Source of the DNA: an uncultured Ignavibacteriaceae bacterium
Lineage (GTDB): Bacteria > Bacteroidota > Ignavibacteria > UBA10030
Reading direction: 5' to 3'
Assembly: GCA_964534125.1 (NCBI GenBank)
Contig: CAZHOJ010000001.1
Location: 689,484 to 753,483 of the forward strand
Length of the DNA stretch: 64,000 bases
Part shown: piece after piece, positions 42,581-51,702 of the stretch
Position numbering within the stretch: the stretch's first letter is position 1
Layout: each line of letters begins with the position of its first letter
The notes under the pieces: generated by a model
Database searches by the model: none
The model's input: the letters and a program-made list of their open reading frames with translations, nothing else
What the model was told of the DNA's origin: nothing
Position numbers and translations under genes: made by a program

Positions 42581-45571
42581 CTAGCGCAGCAGCACCATCT
42601 TCCGCACCTGCACAAAAACCCTCCTTGAGTCATCGAGCGCAACCGCCTCGATCCTATAGAAATAGAGGCCTGTTGACACGCCCCGAGGAATCCATGTGAC
42701 TTCTTTGAACCCTGCCGCCTGCTCCTGGTCGATCAGAATGCTGACATTCTCACCAAGGATACTGTAGACTTTCACGCGAACGCGGCTCCTTGCCGGCAGA
42801 CCGTACGCGATCACAGTAGCCGGATTGAAAGGGTTTGGGAAGTTCTGGTCCAAAGAGAATTCGGTCGGCAGGAGAGCCTTGCTCTCTACCTCCGTTACAA
42901 TGAGAGCCTGGACACTGATGGAATCCGGGGAACTGCCTCCATTATGCGTGATTACGACATATCCAGACGTTGGACCAACGACAGTTCGGGCTTGGACAGA
43001 CACAATAAATGTCTGCGATGAGGAAGTGTCGATGGTCGCAGAACTTGGTGAAATGCGGAACATGGCGTTGGTGGATTGTGCACTGATATTCAAGTGCATG
43101 TCGCCGCTGTTGACGATCGTGATGCTGTCTTGTTTAGAATCGCCAGCAGCGATCGATCCATAATTGATCTCATTCTTGTCACATCCGAATACAGGTCCTC
43201 GAGCAGTCCTCGCAAACACCAGAATAGAATCGGGCGAGCTTGGGGCATTGTGGACAAAGATGAGATATCCGGTCTGATACCCCGGCAGCGAGTCCGGCGT
43301 GAACGAGATAGTAAAAGACTTTGAAGCTGTTGTGTCAATCGTTGCGGTCCCGGGTGTGCAATCGAAACGTGGATTTGTGCTTGTCACAGTGACACTCAAA
43401 GGTTGGGTCCCGCTATTCCTCACCGAAACCGTATCAGTTTTTGGATCTCCGGGCAAGGTGTATCCCAGGTCAAGATCCAGAGTACTCCCGACGAAGACAG
43501 CCCGGTCGAAGGACCTGCCGATCAACGTAAGAGTATCAGGCGAGGTGGGGCCATTGTGTGTGAGAATGAGGTAGCCTGACTGACCTTCAGATTGCCAACC
43601 GCTGCTGTAGGCGACCACGACATAGCGCGACGTCGAAACAGGTACGGTAACACTGTCCTGCAGAATGCCAAATCTTGTGTTTGTGCTCGTCATTCGAATG
43701 CCCAGCTGCACATTCCCGCTGTTCGTGACAAGAAAGCTGTCCCGTGTTCCTTCCCCAGTGAATACCCAGCCGAAATCAAGTACGCGTCTGTCGCTGATAA
43801 GAACCGGATGAACCTCCGGGACGTCGCTTAGAGGCCTCCTCCAGACGCCTCCCTCAGTCCCCGCAAGAATCGTCGTATCGACGACGACGATGGACCTGAC
43901 GGATTTCGATCCCATGAAGCCGTCGGAGAATGCCGCCCAACCGGAGTAGTCGCGGCTGGAGACAAACACGCCGGTTTCGAGTCCTGCGATGAGTGCGGAC
44001 CCTGCTAGAGCGAGTGAGGTCGTTCCGCCTTCCATCGATGGGTAATCCAGTCTGGTCCAGGTTGAACAGTTGTCCGTTGAACTGAAAACATACGACCCCG
44101 CCGTGCTGAAAACAGTACTACTATCTCCGGCAAAGCACTTGAAATTGGTTACGAAGGGATTGAGGTTCGTCGTGTAGTCCAGCCATGTAGCACCGCCGTC
44201 TGTAGACCGAAGCGCGTTGGGAGATGCACCTACAAGAATGGACGCAGCCGTTCTCCAGAAGGAATAAGTGATAGTGCTCGTGATCCTCGACCAACTCGCG
44301 CCATAGTTTGTGGAGCGGAGCATGCCTGAGGACGTTGCTACATGTATGATCGAATCACAAACGTCAACAGCCCGAACATCATAGCCACCTGACACAGGGA
44401 TCCGTGTCCAGTGCGATCCGGAATCCCTCGTAACAAAAATGCCTTCGCCTCCGAGCGCTCCCGCGTAGATGTCTGTTCCATGAACGGACAGCGACCTGAT
44501 GCTGAGCGTAGTTAATCCATCACTCACTGCCTCCCACGTACCACCGAGATCCATGGAACGATAGACACCGCTACCGATCGTGCCAGCAAACACGTACGGC
44601 CCCAGCGTGACGATTTCCCACACTGAGGATGACGCCAGCCCTGTGTTTGTGCCAACCCAGGTGCTCCCATTGTCTGTTGACCGATACATTCCACTCGTCG
44701 TGCCTGCAAACAACGCTGGCCCGACAAAGACAAGGGAGAACACCCCGCTGCTCGTAAATCCTGTTTGATTCCAGGTCTGCCCCTGGTCGGTAGATCGGCA
44801 TACACCATCAGTCTTGCCCGCGAAAATACTTAGACTGTCAACTGCAATAGCCCATACGCTCGTGTAGTATGTACTCACCACAGACTGAGTCCAGGTTGTG
44901 CCATCGTCCGTCGAAATGAAGACGCCAGCAGGGCCTCCAGCAAAGACGCTCGAATCCCGAGTCGTGAGCGTGTAGACGGTCTTCCCTCCTCCGCTAATGG
45001 CGGTGGTCACGTCTGTCCAAGAGTCGCCCCCATTCGTCGAACGAAACACGCCTCCACCCTCCGTAGCTGCGAAGACACCAGCATTATTGGAGGCTATAGA
45101 AGTGACCCTCAGATACGTCAAACCTGTATTGACGAGCGTCCAGCTAGAACCGTCATTGGTCGAGCGGTAGACCCCTCCATTGGTGCCCACAAAAACCGTG
45201 TCACGGACTACAGCGATTGAGAGAACTTCGCCAGAAATACCTGAGCTGGCTGACACCCAGGTTGATCCTCCATCTGTCGATGAGAAGACCCCCGTGACCG
45301 TACCGACAAATACCTTGGGTCCGCTCGTTGCGATACATGTGGCATAAGTGCTGGACAATCCGCTGTTCGACTGCATCCAGGATGCACCGCCGTCTATGGA
45401 TCTGTAAATACCATTGCCCTCAGTGGCCACAAGCATTGCCGACTCGCTCACGGCAATCTGCCTGATGCGCCCTCCGTATGGACCATTCGTAGCAACCCAC
45501 TGAGCATTGATGCTTCCCGGACTCACTATGAGGCACGCCATCAGACATGCGTATTCCACGCTTCTTCTCAT
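42581..45571 (-). CDS. T9SS cargo protein with about 10 BNR/Asp-box beta-propeller repeats and three Ig/ASH-like domains
   Basis: The ORF 42581..45646 was trimmed to the Met that begins the signal peptide MRRSVEYACLMACLIVSPGSINAQW. The start is approximate to within 1-2 nt, because the offset computed from the ORF end and the printed coordinates disagree by one nucleotide. Repeats STDGGSTW, STNGGDSW, STDDGTTW, STDQGQTW, STDNGSTW, SMDLGGTW, TRDSGSHW, STNYGASW, STDGGATW and STDNCSTW. C-terminal T9SS tail NFPNPFNPATVIAYGLPARSRVRVKVYSILGENVSILID...GLYFYRIEAV...VRKMVLLR. Confidence 0.8.
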   Translation of the reverse strand: MRRSVEYACLMACLIVSPGSINAQWVATNGPYGGRIRQIAVSESAMLVATEGNGIYRSIDGGASWMQSNSGLSSTYATCIATSGPKVFVGTVTGVFSSTDGGSTWVSASSGISGEVLSIAVVRDTVFVGTNGGVYRSTNDGSSWTLVNTGLTYLRVTSIASNNAGVFAATEGGGVFRSTNGGDSWTDVTTAISGGGKTVYTLTTRDSSVFAGGPAGVFISTDDGTTWTQSVVSTYYTSVWAIAVDSLSIFAGKTDGVCRSTDQGQTWNQTGFTSSGVFSLVFVGPALFAGTTSGMYRSTDNGSTWVGTNTGLASSSVWEIVTLGPYVFAGTIGSGVYRSMDLGGTWEAVSDGLTTLSIRSLSVHGTDIYAGALGGEGIFVTRDSGSHWTRIPVSGGYDVRAVDVCDSIIHVATSSGMLRSTNYGASWSRITSTITYSFWRTAASILVGASPNALRSTDGGATWLDYTTNLNPFVTNFKCFAGDSSTVFSTAGSYVFSSTDNCSTWTRLDYPSMEGGTTSLALAGSALIAGLETGVFVSSRDYSGWAAFSDGFMGSKSVRSIVVVDTTILAGTEGGVWRRPLSDVPEVHPVLISDRRVLDFGWVFTGEGTRDSFLVTNSGNVQLGIRMTSTNTRFGILQDSVTVPVSTSRYVVVAYSSGWQSEGQSGYLILTHNGPTSPDTLTLIGRSFDRAVFVGSTLDLDLGYTLPGDPKTDTVSVRNSGTQPLSVTVTSTNPRFDCTPGTATIDTTASKSFTISFTPDSLPGYQTGYLIFVHNAPSSPDSILVFARTARGPVFGCDKNEINYGSIAAGDSKQDSITIVNSGDMHLNISAQSTNAMFRISPSSATIDTSSSQTFIVSVQARTVVGPTSGYVVITHNGGSSPDSISVQALIVTEVESKALLPTEFSLDQNFPNPFNPATVIAYGLPARSRVRVKVYSILGENVSILIDQEQAAGFKEVTWIPRGVSTGLYFYRIEAVALDDSRRVFVQVRKMVLLR

Positions 45572-45662
45572 GGCCGTTTTCCTTTTGCAACATCTTGCAG
45601 TATTCATCGGCATTCCTTGTCGGAGGCCAAAGATCGAAGACATCACGCAAGTCTCACATACA

Positions 45663-45742
45663 CACAGAAGCCTCCGCCAAACGCTTTTGCGCTCACCGGA
45701 GGCTTCTCTGTATTTCCTGTGCTCCCCAGTCTCCGGGGAGCG
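45663..45742. repeat. Repeat family C copy 2 (upstream flank of the BNR/T9SS gene)
   Basis: CAGAAGCCTCCG-CCAAACGCTTTTGCGCTCAC-CGGAGGCTTCTCTG outer hairpin plus the inner hairpin GCTCCCCAGTCTCCGGGGAGC. Confidence 0.65.
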
Positions 45743-45996
45743 ATATGATAGCCTATATCATACGCAAGTCAGGAAAATCCAACAAGCAAAATCTGATAAT
45801 CCTACGTCATTTCCAGTCGCAGGAATAATTCCTTTCTTCGCAATTGCAGGATGGCGGGTTGGATCGCATCACAGGATGCCGGCCCGAAATCACTTGATCA
45901 TTCAACATTCATCATTAGGCGTTCGGAGCTGCGGAACTCCCGATATCCAAGGCCCATTACCCAATACTCAGGGATGAATGACCAACCCCTTCCCCC

Positions 45997-46227
45997 CGTT
46001 GCGCTCGCTGCCTCCTTTGCGTGCGCCACAAGAACTGTTTCCTGCAGACCCTCACCAGTTCAGCCTCTGCTACACCTTCCACAAACACTTCCTTTGCTCC
46101 AGCAGGAGCCACCCATCCATTCGTTGCGTTCGCTGCCCCCTTTGCGTGCGCTGCGCGAACTGTTTCCTGCAGACCCTCACTAGCCCCGCCTCTGCTACAC
46201 CCGCCACAAAAAGTCCCCTTGCTTCAG
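45997..46227. repeat. Tandem direct repeat, 2 copies of an approximately 125-nt unit (about 80% identity)
   Basis: Units begin CGTTGCG(C/T)TCGCTGCC...TTTGCGTGCGC...GAACTGTTTCCTGCAGACCCTCAC...CCTCTGCTACAC at 45997 and 46122. The second unit overlaps the last ~10 codons of the dehydrogenase gene. Confidence 0.65.
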
Positions 46228-47154
46228 GAAGTGATTCACCTGTGAAACGGTGAACGCTGCCTTTCCCACGATCGCCTCTGTTGTGTTGAACGCATTGTGG
46301 GGCGTGCAGACGACATTCGGGAACGTGAGGATCTCGCGCAAAATTGCCGCGCCAGGTGTTGGAATTCCCGACGGCACACGGAATGAAAGGGCCAGCGACG
46401 GCTCATGCTCGAACACGTCGAGCCCCAACCCGCCCAGATGTCCTTCGGCGAGCAATATCTGAAGCCCCTGAAGCGGCGAGTGTTCTCCCCGGGCCACATT
46501 GACGAACACAACTCCCTGCTTCGCCTTTCGGAGCAACGATGCCGAAAAATATCCCTTGTTCTCCGGCGTGAGGTTCATGCAGCATACAACCGCATCCGCC
46601 CGGGATATTCCTTCTTCTCTGGTCGTGTATTGTATGTCGGGATGCTTCTGAACAATGTCGACCCCCTCGACCTCCATCCCGAGCCCGCGGGCTATCCGGC
46701 TCAGCTCATACCCGATCCGCCCGACTCCCACCACCAGAAGTCTCTTCCCCTTGCATTCCGCGCCGGTCAATCCGTCCCGGTCGAACCGGTCGAACTGATG
46801 CATCTGCATCGGCAGCTTTCGCAGCAGAGCCATCACCAGCATCATGGCTTGCTCCGCCACCGCCCGCGTGGCATATTCTTCAAGATATCCCAGAGGGATG
46901 GTGGCTGGAAATGAGGTCTTCAACAGAAGAAGATGGTCAAACCCTGTTGTCCTGCTCAGGATGCCGTTGATCCGCCCCGCCCATGATGCGGGGATCTCCG
47001 ATTGGGTCCGGATGCTGATCAGCTTCGCAGGTGGGTCCGTATGGCCTGACTCTTGTATCGTTTCGCGGGCGTATCCGCATGATATCGAAGGGTCGAGGAC
47101 GCGCGCCAGCGCCTCCTCTTCCTCAGCAAATGCTTCATAAAAAAAGACGTCCAT
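46195..47154 (-). CDS. D-isomer-specific 2-hydroxyacid dehydrogenase (NAD-binding)
   Basis: 319 aa. GxGxxG as VGVGRIGYELSRIARGLGMEV and a conserved catalytic region (…NVARGEH…). Confidence 0.8.
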   Translation of the reverse strand: MDVFFYEAFAEEEEALARVLDPSISCGYARETIQESGHTDPPAKLISIRTQSEIPASWAGRINGILSRTTGFDHLLLLKTSFPATIPLGYLEEYATRAVAEQAMMLVMALLRKLPMQMHQFDRFDRDGLTGAECKGKRLLVVGVGRIGYELSRIARGLGMEVEGVDIVQKHPDIQYTTREEGISRADAVVCCMNLTPENKGYFSASLLRKAKQGVVFVNVARGEHSPLQGLQILLAEGHLGGLGLDVFEHEPSLALSFRVPSGIPTPGAAILREILTFPNVVCTPHNAFNTTEAIVGKAAFTVSQVNHFLKQGDFLWRV

Positions 47155-47222
47155 AGATGTCCGTCAACCTCCTGAATGCGATGAGCGATAGCCGTACACC
47201 AGCCCAACAGAACCCTCTTACA

Positions 47223-47262
47223 CCTCCGTGGTTCCCCGTGGTCCCCTGTGGCTCTCTGTGTC
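47223..47262. repeat. Heptamer array family B copy 2 (CCGTGG/CTGTGG repeats) at thrC 3' end
   Basis: cctccgtggttccccgtggtcccctgtggctctctgtgtc. Read on the minus strand (gene sense) it gives CCACGGAG-like units, as found downstream of the ABC gene at 38359. Confidence 0.55.
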
Positions 47263-48455
47263 TATTTCTTTCCTGAGCCGATCTCCGAAAATCCGGGGTA
47301 CTTCGCCGCCGATGCCGTGTTCCAGAGAAGCACCGTCTCCTCCGGCATGACCCACCCCTCTTCCGCCAATCTTCTCAGTGCAACCGCCGTCGTCGCCCCC
47401 TCAGGACAGAAAAAGAATCCTTCAGCGTGTCCGATCTCCCGGATCTCCGCCGCGGCTTCTTCATCAGATGCCGCGACAGCATTGCCACCGCTCTTCCGCA
47501 GGGCATCCAGGATCAGATAGTCCGCGAAAGGCTTCGGCACCCGAAGGCCCGACGCTTGTGTCGCTGCCCCTTCCCAGAAGGCCGATTCCTTCGCCCCCTC
47601 CTTGAACGCTTTCACGATCGGCGCGCATCCTGCTGACTGAGCAGATACCATCCGTGGACGCTTCGGACCAACCCAGCCAAGCTCCTCCATCTCATCGAAT
47701 GCCTTCCACATCCCCACAAGGCCCGTCCCTCCCCCCGTCGGATAGATGATGACATCCGGCAGGTTCCAGCCGAACTGCTCCGCCAGCTCGTAGCCCATGG
47801 TCTTCTTTCCCTCAAGCCGGTACGGCTCCTTGAAGGTCGATACATCGAACCAGTCCGGATGCTTCTTCCTCAGACCCTGCAGGTGCTTCCCCGCATCGCT
47901 GATGGTCCCCTTCACCGTGATGACCGTCGCTCCATACACCCTGCTCTCCTCGATGTTCGAGGCGGGCGTGTCTTCCGGCACAACGATCGTGCATCCCAGT
48001 CCGGCCCGTGCAGCATATGCCGCACACGCACCAGCGGCATTCCCCGCCGAGGGAATGCAGACATGCTTCACTCCCAACTCGGCTGCACGGGTTATCGCCA
48101 TCCCCAGTCCACGCGCCTTGAACGATCCGGTCGGCATGAATGCCTCGTCCTTCACCCACACCGACTGAATGCCCGTCCGCTTTTCTACCGAGTGCAGCCT
48201 CAGCAGTGGCGTGATCCGCTCGCCCAGCGAGACGATCGACGATGGCGACCGGAGCGGAAGGATGGGAAGATACTTCCAGAACGAATCCCCGAGTGCCGCG
48301 ACATCATCCCGTTTCCACATTCCGCGGGCGGCGACGAAATCGTACACAGACAGAAGGATCTTGCCGCATGCCCGGCAGACATTCTGAACGTCATGAGGCT
48401 CATGGCGCTCACCGCAGACGCTGCACTCCAAATGCTTTAACGTAGATCGGAACAT
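47262..48455 (-). CDS. thrC: Threonine synthase
   Basis: 397 aa. N-terminal zinc-ribbon-like CSVCGERHEPHDVQNVCRACG. PLP-fold motifs FKARGLGMAI (Lys) and GGTGLV. Confidence 0.8.
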   Translation of the reverse strand: MFRSTLKHLECSVCGERHEPHDVQNVCRACGKILLSVYDFVAARGMWKRDDVAALGDSFWKYLPILPLRSPSSIVSLGERITPLLRLHSVEKRTGIQSVWVKDEAFMPTGSFKARGLGMAITRAAELGVKHVCIPSAGNAAGACAAYAARAGLGCTIVVPEDTPASNIEESRVYGATVITVKGTISDAGKHLQGLRKKHPDWFDVSTFKEPYRLEGKKTMGYELAEQFGWNLPDVIIYPTGGGTGLVGMWKAFDEMEELGWVGPKRPRMVSAQSAGCAPIVKAFKEGAKESAFWEGAATQASGLRVPKPFADYLILDALRKSGGNAVAASDEEAAAEIREIGHAEGFFFCPEGATTAVALRRLAEEGWVMPEETVLLWNTASAAKYPGFSEIGSGKK

Positions 48456-48617
48456 CCTGCCTACCGTATCCTCCCGGACAATGATCGGTCACAAAAAGAT
48501 GCTTCCCGGCATTCCCTTCGCGGGCGTGGCAACCTTTGCGAGAGGTCATTATTGCTATCCCCTCCCCGGCTCCCTATATTGGCACAACAACGTCAATAAC
48601 GAATTGGAAATCAAGCC

Positions 48618-49766
48618 ATGCGCAGGAGAATCCTTTCCGCGGCAGGTCTTCTCGCCATCCTCATCTCAACGTCCGACGCCCTTCCCAGATTTGCGAGCAG
48701 GATGGGTGTGAAGTGCCAGTCATGTCATGTCAACCCCACGGGAAAAGGGATGCGCACTCCCTTCGGGCAGAACTATGGCGCTTTCGACCTGACGATCCCC
48801 ACCTGGAAGGACGAATCGCAGCTTCGGGAGATCACCGGAAAGATCTCGCCGAACCTCAGCATCGGACTGGACATGCGTACGCTCATCTTCGCTTCCCCCT
48901 CGGCAGGCACGTCGAGCGCCTTCCAGATGCAGGGGGACATTTACCTCACGTTCCAGCTGAACAAATACGTGAAGGTGTACGCGGACAAGGGCCTCTATTC
49001 CGGTTTCGAGATATTCGCCCTGGCCAAGGTTCTTCCCCTGGACGGCTATGTCAAGGCCGGCAAGTTCATGCCTGCGTATGGCACCCGCATCGACGACCAC
49101 AACGCCTTTATACGCGGCGGGCCATACGGCGGGGCCCTGTTCCAGCAGGACTATGCTCCCCTGGCCGCGCAGGGTTACCTTTCCGGGCTCCGCTTCGGAG
49201 AACGTTCCGAGGATACGGGCCTCGAACTTGGCTTCACACCGGGAGTTCTGACGATAACGGCCGGGATCTTCAACGGAGCACCAGGATCGGGGCTCAATGG
49301 CGTCATCGGAACACGATACAAGGCGGTCGCCCTCCGGGCTGACGCGACCTTCAAGACCGGTTACGGGAATATCATGCTCGGTGGATCGCTCTACGACAGG
49401 CCGGCTGCAGGGACCCGAGAGACCTTCACAGGCTTGTTCGGGGCAGTGACGATCGCAGAAAGGTTCACACTGAACAGTGAGGTGGATCTCGTCTCACTGC
49501 GCATCGGAGGACGGGACCTATCTGGACGTATGTTCTGGAACGAACTGAACGTCCTTCTTGTCGAAGGTGTCGATCTGAAACTCGGCTATGAGTTCTATGA
49601 TCCTGATATCGACCTGAAGAATGGCAGTTTCACGCGGATCGTGCTTGGCACCGAGGTGTTCCTGCTGCCGGGAGTGGAACTGAGGCCCCTCTACGTGATC
49701 CACAAGGAAGAGCCGACAGACCTGGACAATGATGAATTCCGGCTTCTCCTCCACTTCTTCTTCTGA
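48618..49766 (+). CDS. Outer-membrane beta-barrel protein with N-terminal CxxCH haem-binding motif
   Basis: 382 aa. Signal peptide MRRRILSAAGLLAILISTSDA, then MGVKCQSCHVNPTGKG right after the predicted cleavage site. Amphipathic beta-strand pattern and a C-terminal LLLHFFF (OMP signature ending in aromatic residues). Confidence 0.55.
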   Translation: MRRRILSAAGLLAILISTSDALPRFASRMGVKCQSCHVNPTGKGMRTPFGQNYGAFDLTIPTWKDESQLREITGKISPNLSIGLDMRTLIFASPSAGTSSAFQMQGDIYLTFQLNKYVKVYADKGLYSGFEIFALAKVLPLDGYVKAGKFMPAYGTRIDDHNAFIRGGPYGGALFQQDYAPLAAQGYLSGLRFGERSEDTGLELGFTPGVLTITAGIFNGAPGSGLNGVIGTRYKAVALRADATFKTGYGNIMLGGSLYDRPAAGTRETFTGLFGAVTIAERFTLNSEVDLVSLRIGGRDLSGRMFWNELNVLLVEGVDLKLGYEFYDPDIDLKNGSFTRIVLGTEVFLLPGVELRPLYVIHKEEPTDLDNDEFRLLLHFFF

Positions 49767-49773
49767 GAACTCT

Positions 49774-50145
49774 ATGACGACCAGATCGATCATCGTACTC
49801 GGCGTCCTGCTCATTGCCGGCATAGGTGCTACGTCGGCATGGCAGGAGAAGCCGACCTACCGGAAGGATATTGAGCCGATCATCAGGAAGCATTGCCTCG
49901 AATGCCATATTGCGGACGCAGAGAATCCGAGCGGATTGAGGATGGACACGTTTGAGATGATACGGGAGGGAGGGGAGAACGGGGATCCGATCGTGCCGGG
50001 GAAACCTGACGAGAGCCTGCTCTATCTGAAACTGCTGGACCCGCCCCCTATTGGTAAGCGTATGCCCCGAAACCGGGAATCACTCAGCCCCGGGGAGATC
50101 AGGACCATCGAGGCCTGGATTCTGAAAGGCGCTGCGGGAGGGTAG
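49774..50145 (+). CDS. Small mono-haem cytochrome c, Planctomycete-type (PSCyt1-like) domain
   Basis: Trimmed to ATG 49774, 8 nt after the OMP stop. Signal-anchor MTTRSIIVLGVLLIAGIGATSA, CLECH and LRMDTFE (the PSCyt1 hallmark LrLD). Confidence 0.55.
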   Translation: MTTRSIIVLGVLLIAGIGATSAWQEKPTYRKDIEPIIRKHCLECHIADAENPSGLRMDTFEMIREGGENGDPIVPGKPDESLLYLKLLDPPPIGKRMPRNRESLSPGEIRTIEAWILKGAAGG

Positions 50146-50258
50146 AAATCCTGAGCATCCTCCCACGTGGTTCGAGGTCTCTTCATTCCTATCCCCGCGA
50201 AAAGCGCTGCGGTCGTTGCCTTCGTCGCGATCGCTGCGAGAACTGCTACCACATACGC

Positions 50259-51695
50259 CTATGCGACCGTTTCCACCTTGATCGTGTTCGTCTTCGTGCG
50301 GGTCATCAACGGGATTCCCGCCGTGAACACGATACGGTCCCCCGCTGACACATAAGACTGCTCCTTCAGCAGACGGATCACGTGGGCAAATGCCTTGTCC
50401 GTTTCGGCCGAAAGGTCGGGCAGGAGTAATCCCCGCACGTTCCAGACCAGGTTCAGTTTTCGCACCACACGCTCATCCCCCGTCACGGCGACGATCCTTG
50501 CGTACGGGCGATACCTGGTGATAGCGATCGCTGTCCGGCCGGTGTGGGTCATCGAGACGATGGCGGTCGCTCCCAGCTCATGGGCGAGCACGCACGCCGA
50601 CCGGGCCATTGCATCGAACACCCGATCCTCGCGACTCAGCTGCACCGGTGCGGCATCGAGATGCTCCTTGTGCGCCCTCTCGGCACGGCGGATGATCTGG
50701 TCCATCATCTTTGCAGCCTCGACAGGATAGGCGCCCACGGACGTCTCACCGCTCAGCATCACCGCATCGGTACCGTCAAGCACCGCGTTCGCCACGTCGC
50801 TTGCCTCCGCACGCGTCGGCCGTGGGCTGTCCACCATCGACTCCAGCATTTGCGTTGCGATGATCACCGGCTTGCCTGCGGCATTGCACCTGCTGACGAT
50901 GTTCTTCTGAATAAGCGGCACCTCCTCGGGGGGGAGTTCCACACCGAGGTCGCCGCGCGCCACCATGATCCCGTCGGATTCATCCAGGATCTCTTCGAAA
51001 TGGTCCAGCGCCTCGCCACGTTCGATCTTTGCGATGACCGGCACCCGTTTCCCGGCTGCCTCAATCTTCCGCCGAAGGACCCGGATGTCCTCGCCCGCAC
51101 GTACGAACGAGAGGGCAACAAAGTCCACCCCTTCCTGAAGTCCGTAGGCAAGGTCTTCATCGTCCTTTTCGGTCATGGAACCCACGCTCAGCGGGACGCC
51201 GGGAAGGTTCATCCCCTTCTTGTTCTTCAGGATACCCCCGGTCTCGACCGTACAGCGGACGTCGTGTTCTGACACGTTCTCCACCCGGAAAGCCAGCTTT
51301 CCGTCATCGACCAGGATGACATCACCCGGCTTCACATCGGAGGGAAGATGCCGGTATGTGGTCGACACTCTGGCCTGATCGCCCTCCACCTCGTCCGTCG
51401 TAAAGACGAATGCATCGCCGGCCCGCAGCTCTACTGAGCCCTTGGCCAGCATGCCTGTCCTGATCTTCGGCCCCGAGAGGTCCTGCAGGATGGCCACGTG
51501 CTCCCCCGCCTCGGCCGACGCCTTCCGGATGTTCTCTATCAGCTGATGATGCTCCTCCCGGTTGCCATGCGAGAAATTCAGCCTCGCCACATCCATGCCG
51601 GCTGCGATCAGGTCCCGCAGCCGCTCGAGGCTTTTGGTCGCCGGCCCGATAGTGCAAATGACCTTCGTCCTTCCGAACGTATCGAACGCAGACAT
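50259..51695 (-). CDS. pyk: Pyruvate kinase
   Basis: 478 aa. MSAFDTFGRTKVICTIGPAT...LNFSHG and further PK motifs. Confidence 0.9.
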   Translation of the reverse strand: MSAFDTFGRTKVICTIGPATKSLERLRDLIAAGMDVARLNFSHGNREEHHQLIENIRKASAEAGEHVAILQDLSGPKIRTGMLAKGSVELRAGDAFVFTTDEVEGDQARVSTTYRHLPSDVKPGDVILVDDGKLAFRVENVSEHDVRCTVETGGILKNKKGMNLPGVPLSVGSMTEKDDEDLAYGLQEGVDFVALSFVRAGEDIRVLRRKIEAAGKRVPVIAKIERGEALDHFEEILDESDGIMVARGDLGVELPPEEVPLIQKNIVSRCNAAGKPVIIATQMLESMVDSPRPTRAEASDVANAVLDGTDAVMLSGETSVGAYPVEAAKMMDQIIRRAERAHKEHLDAAPVQLSREDRVFDAMARSACVLAHELGATAIVSMTHTGRTAIAITRYRPYARIVAVTGDERVVRKLNLVWNVRGLLLPDLSAETDKAFAHVIRLLKEQSYVSAGDRIVFTAGIPLMTRTKTNTIKVETVA

Positions 51696-51702
51696 AATCC
51701 TC

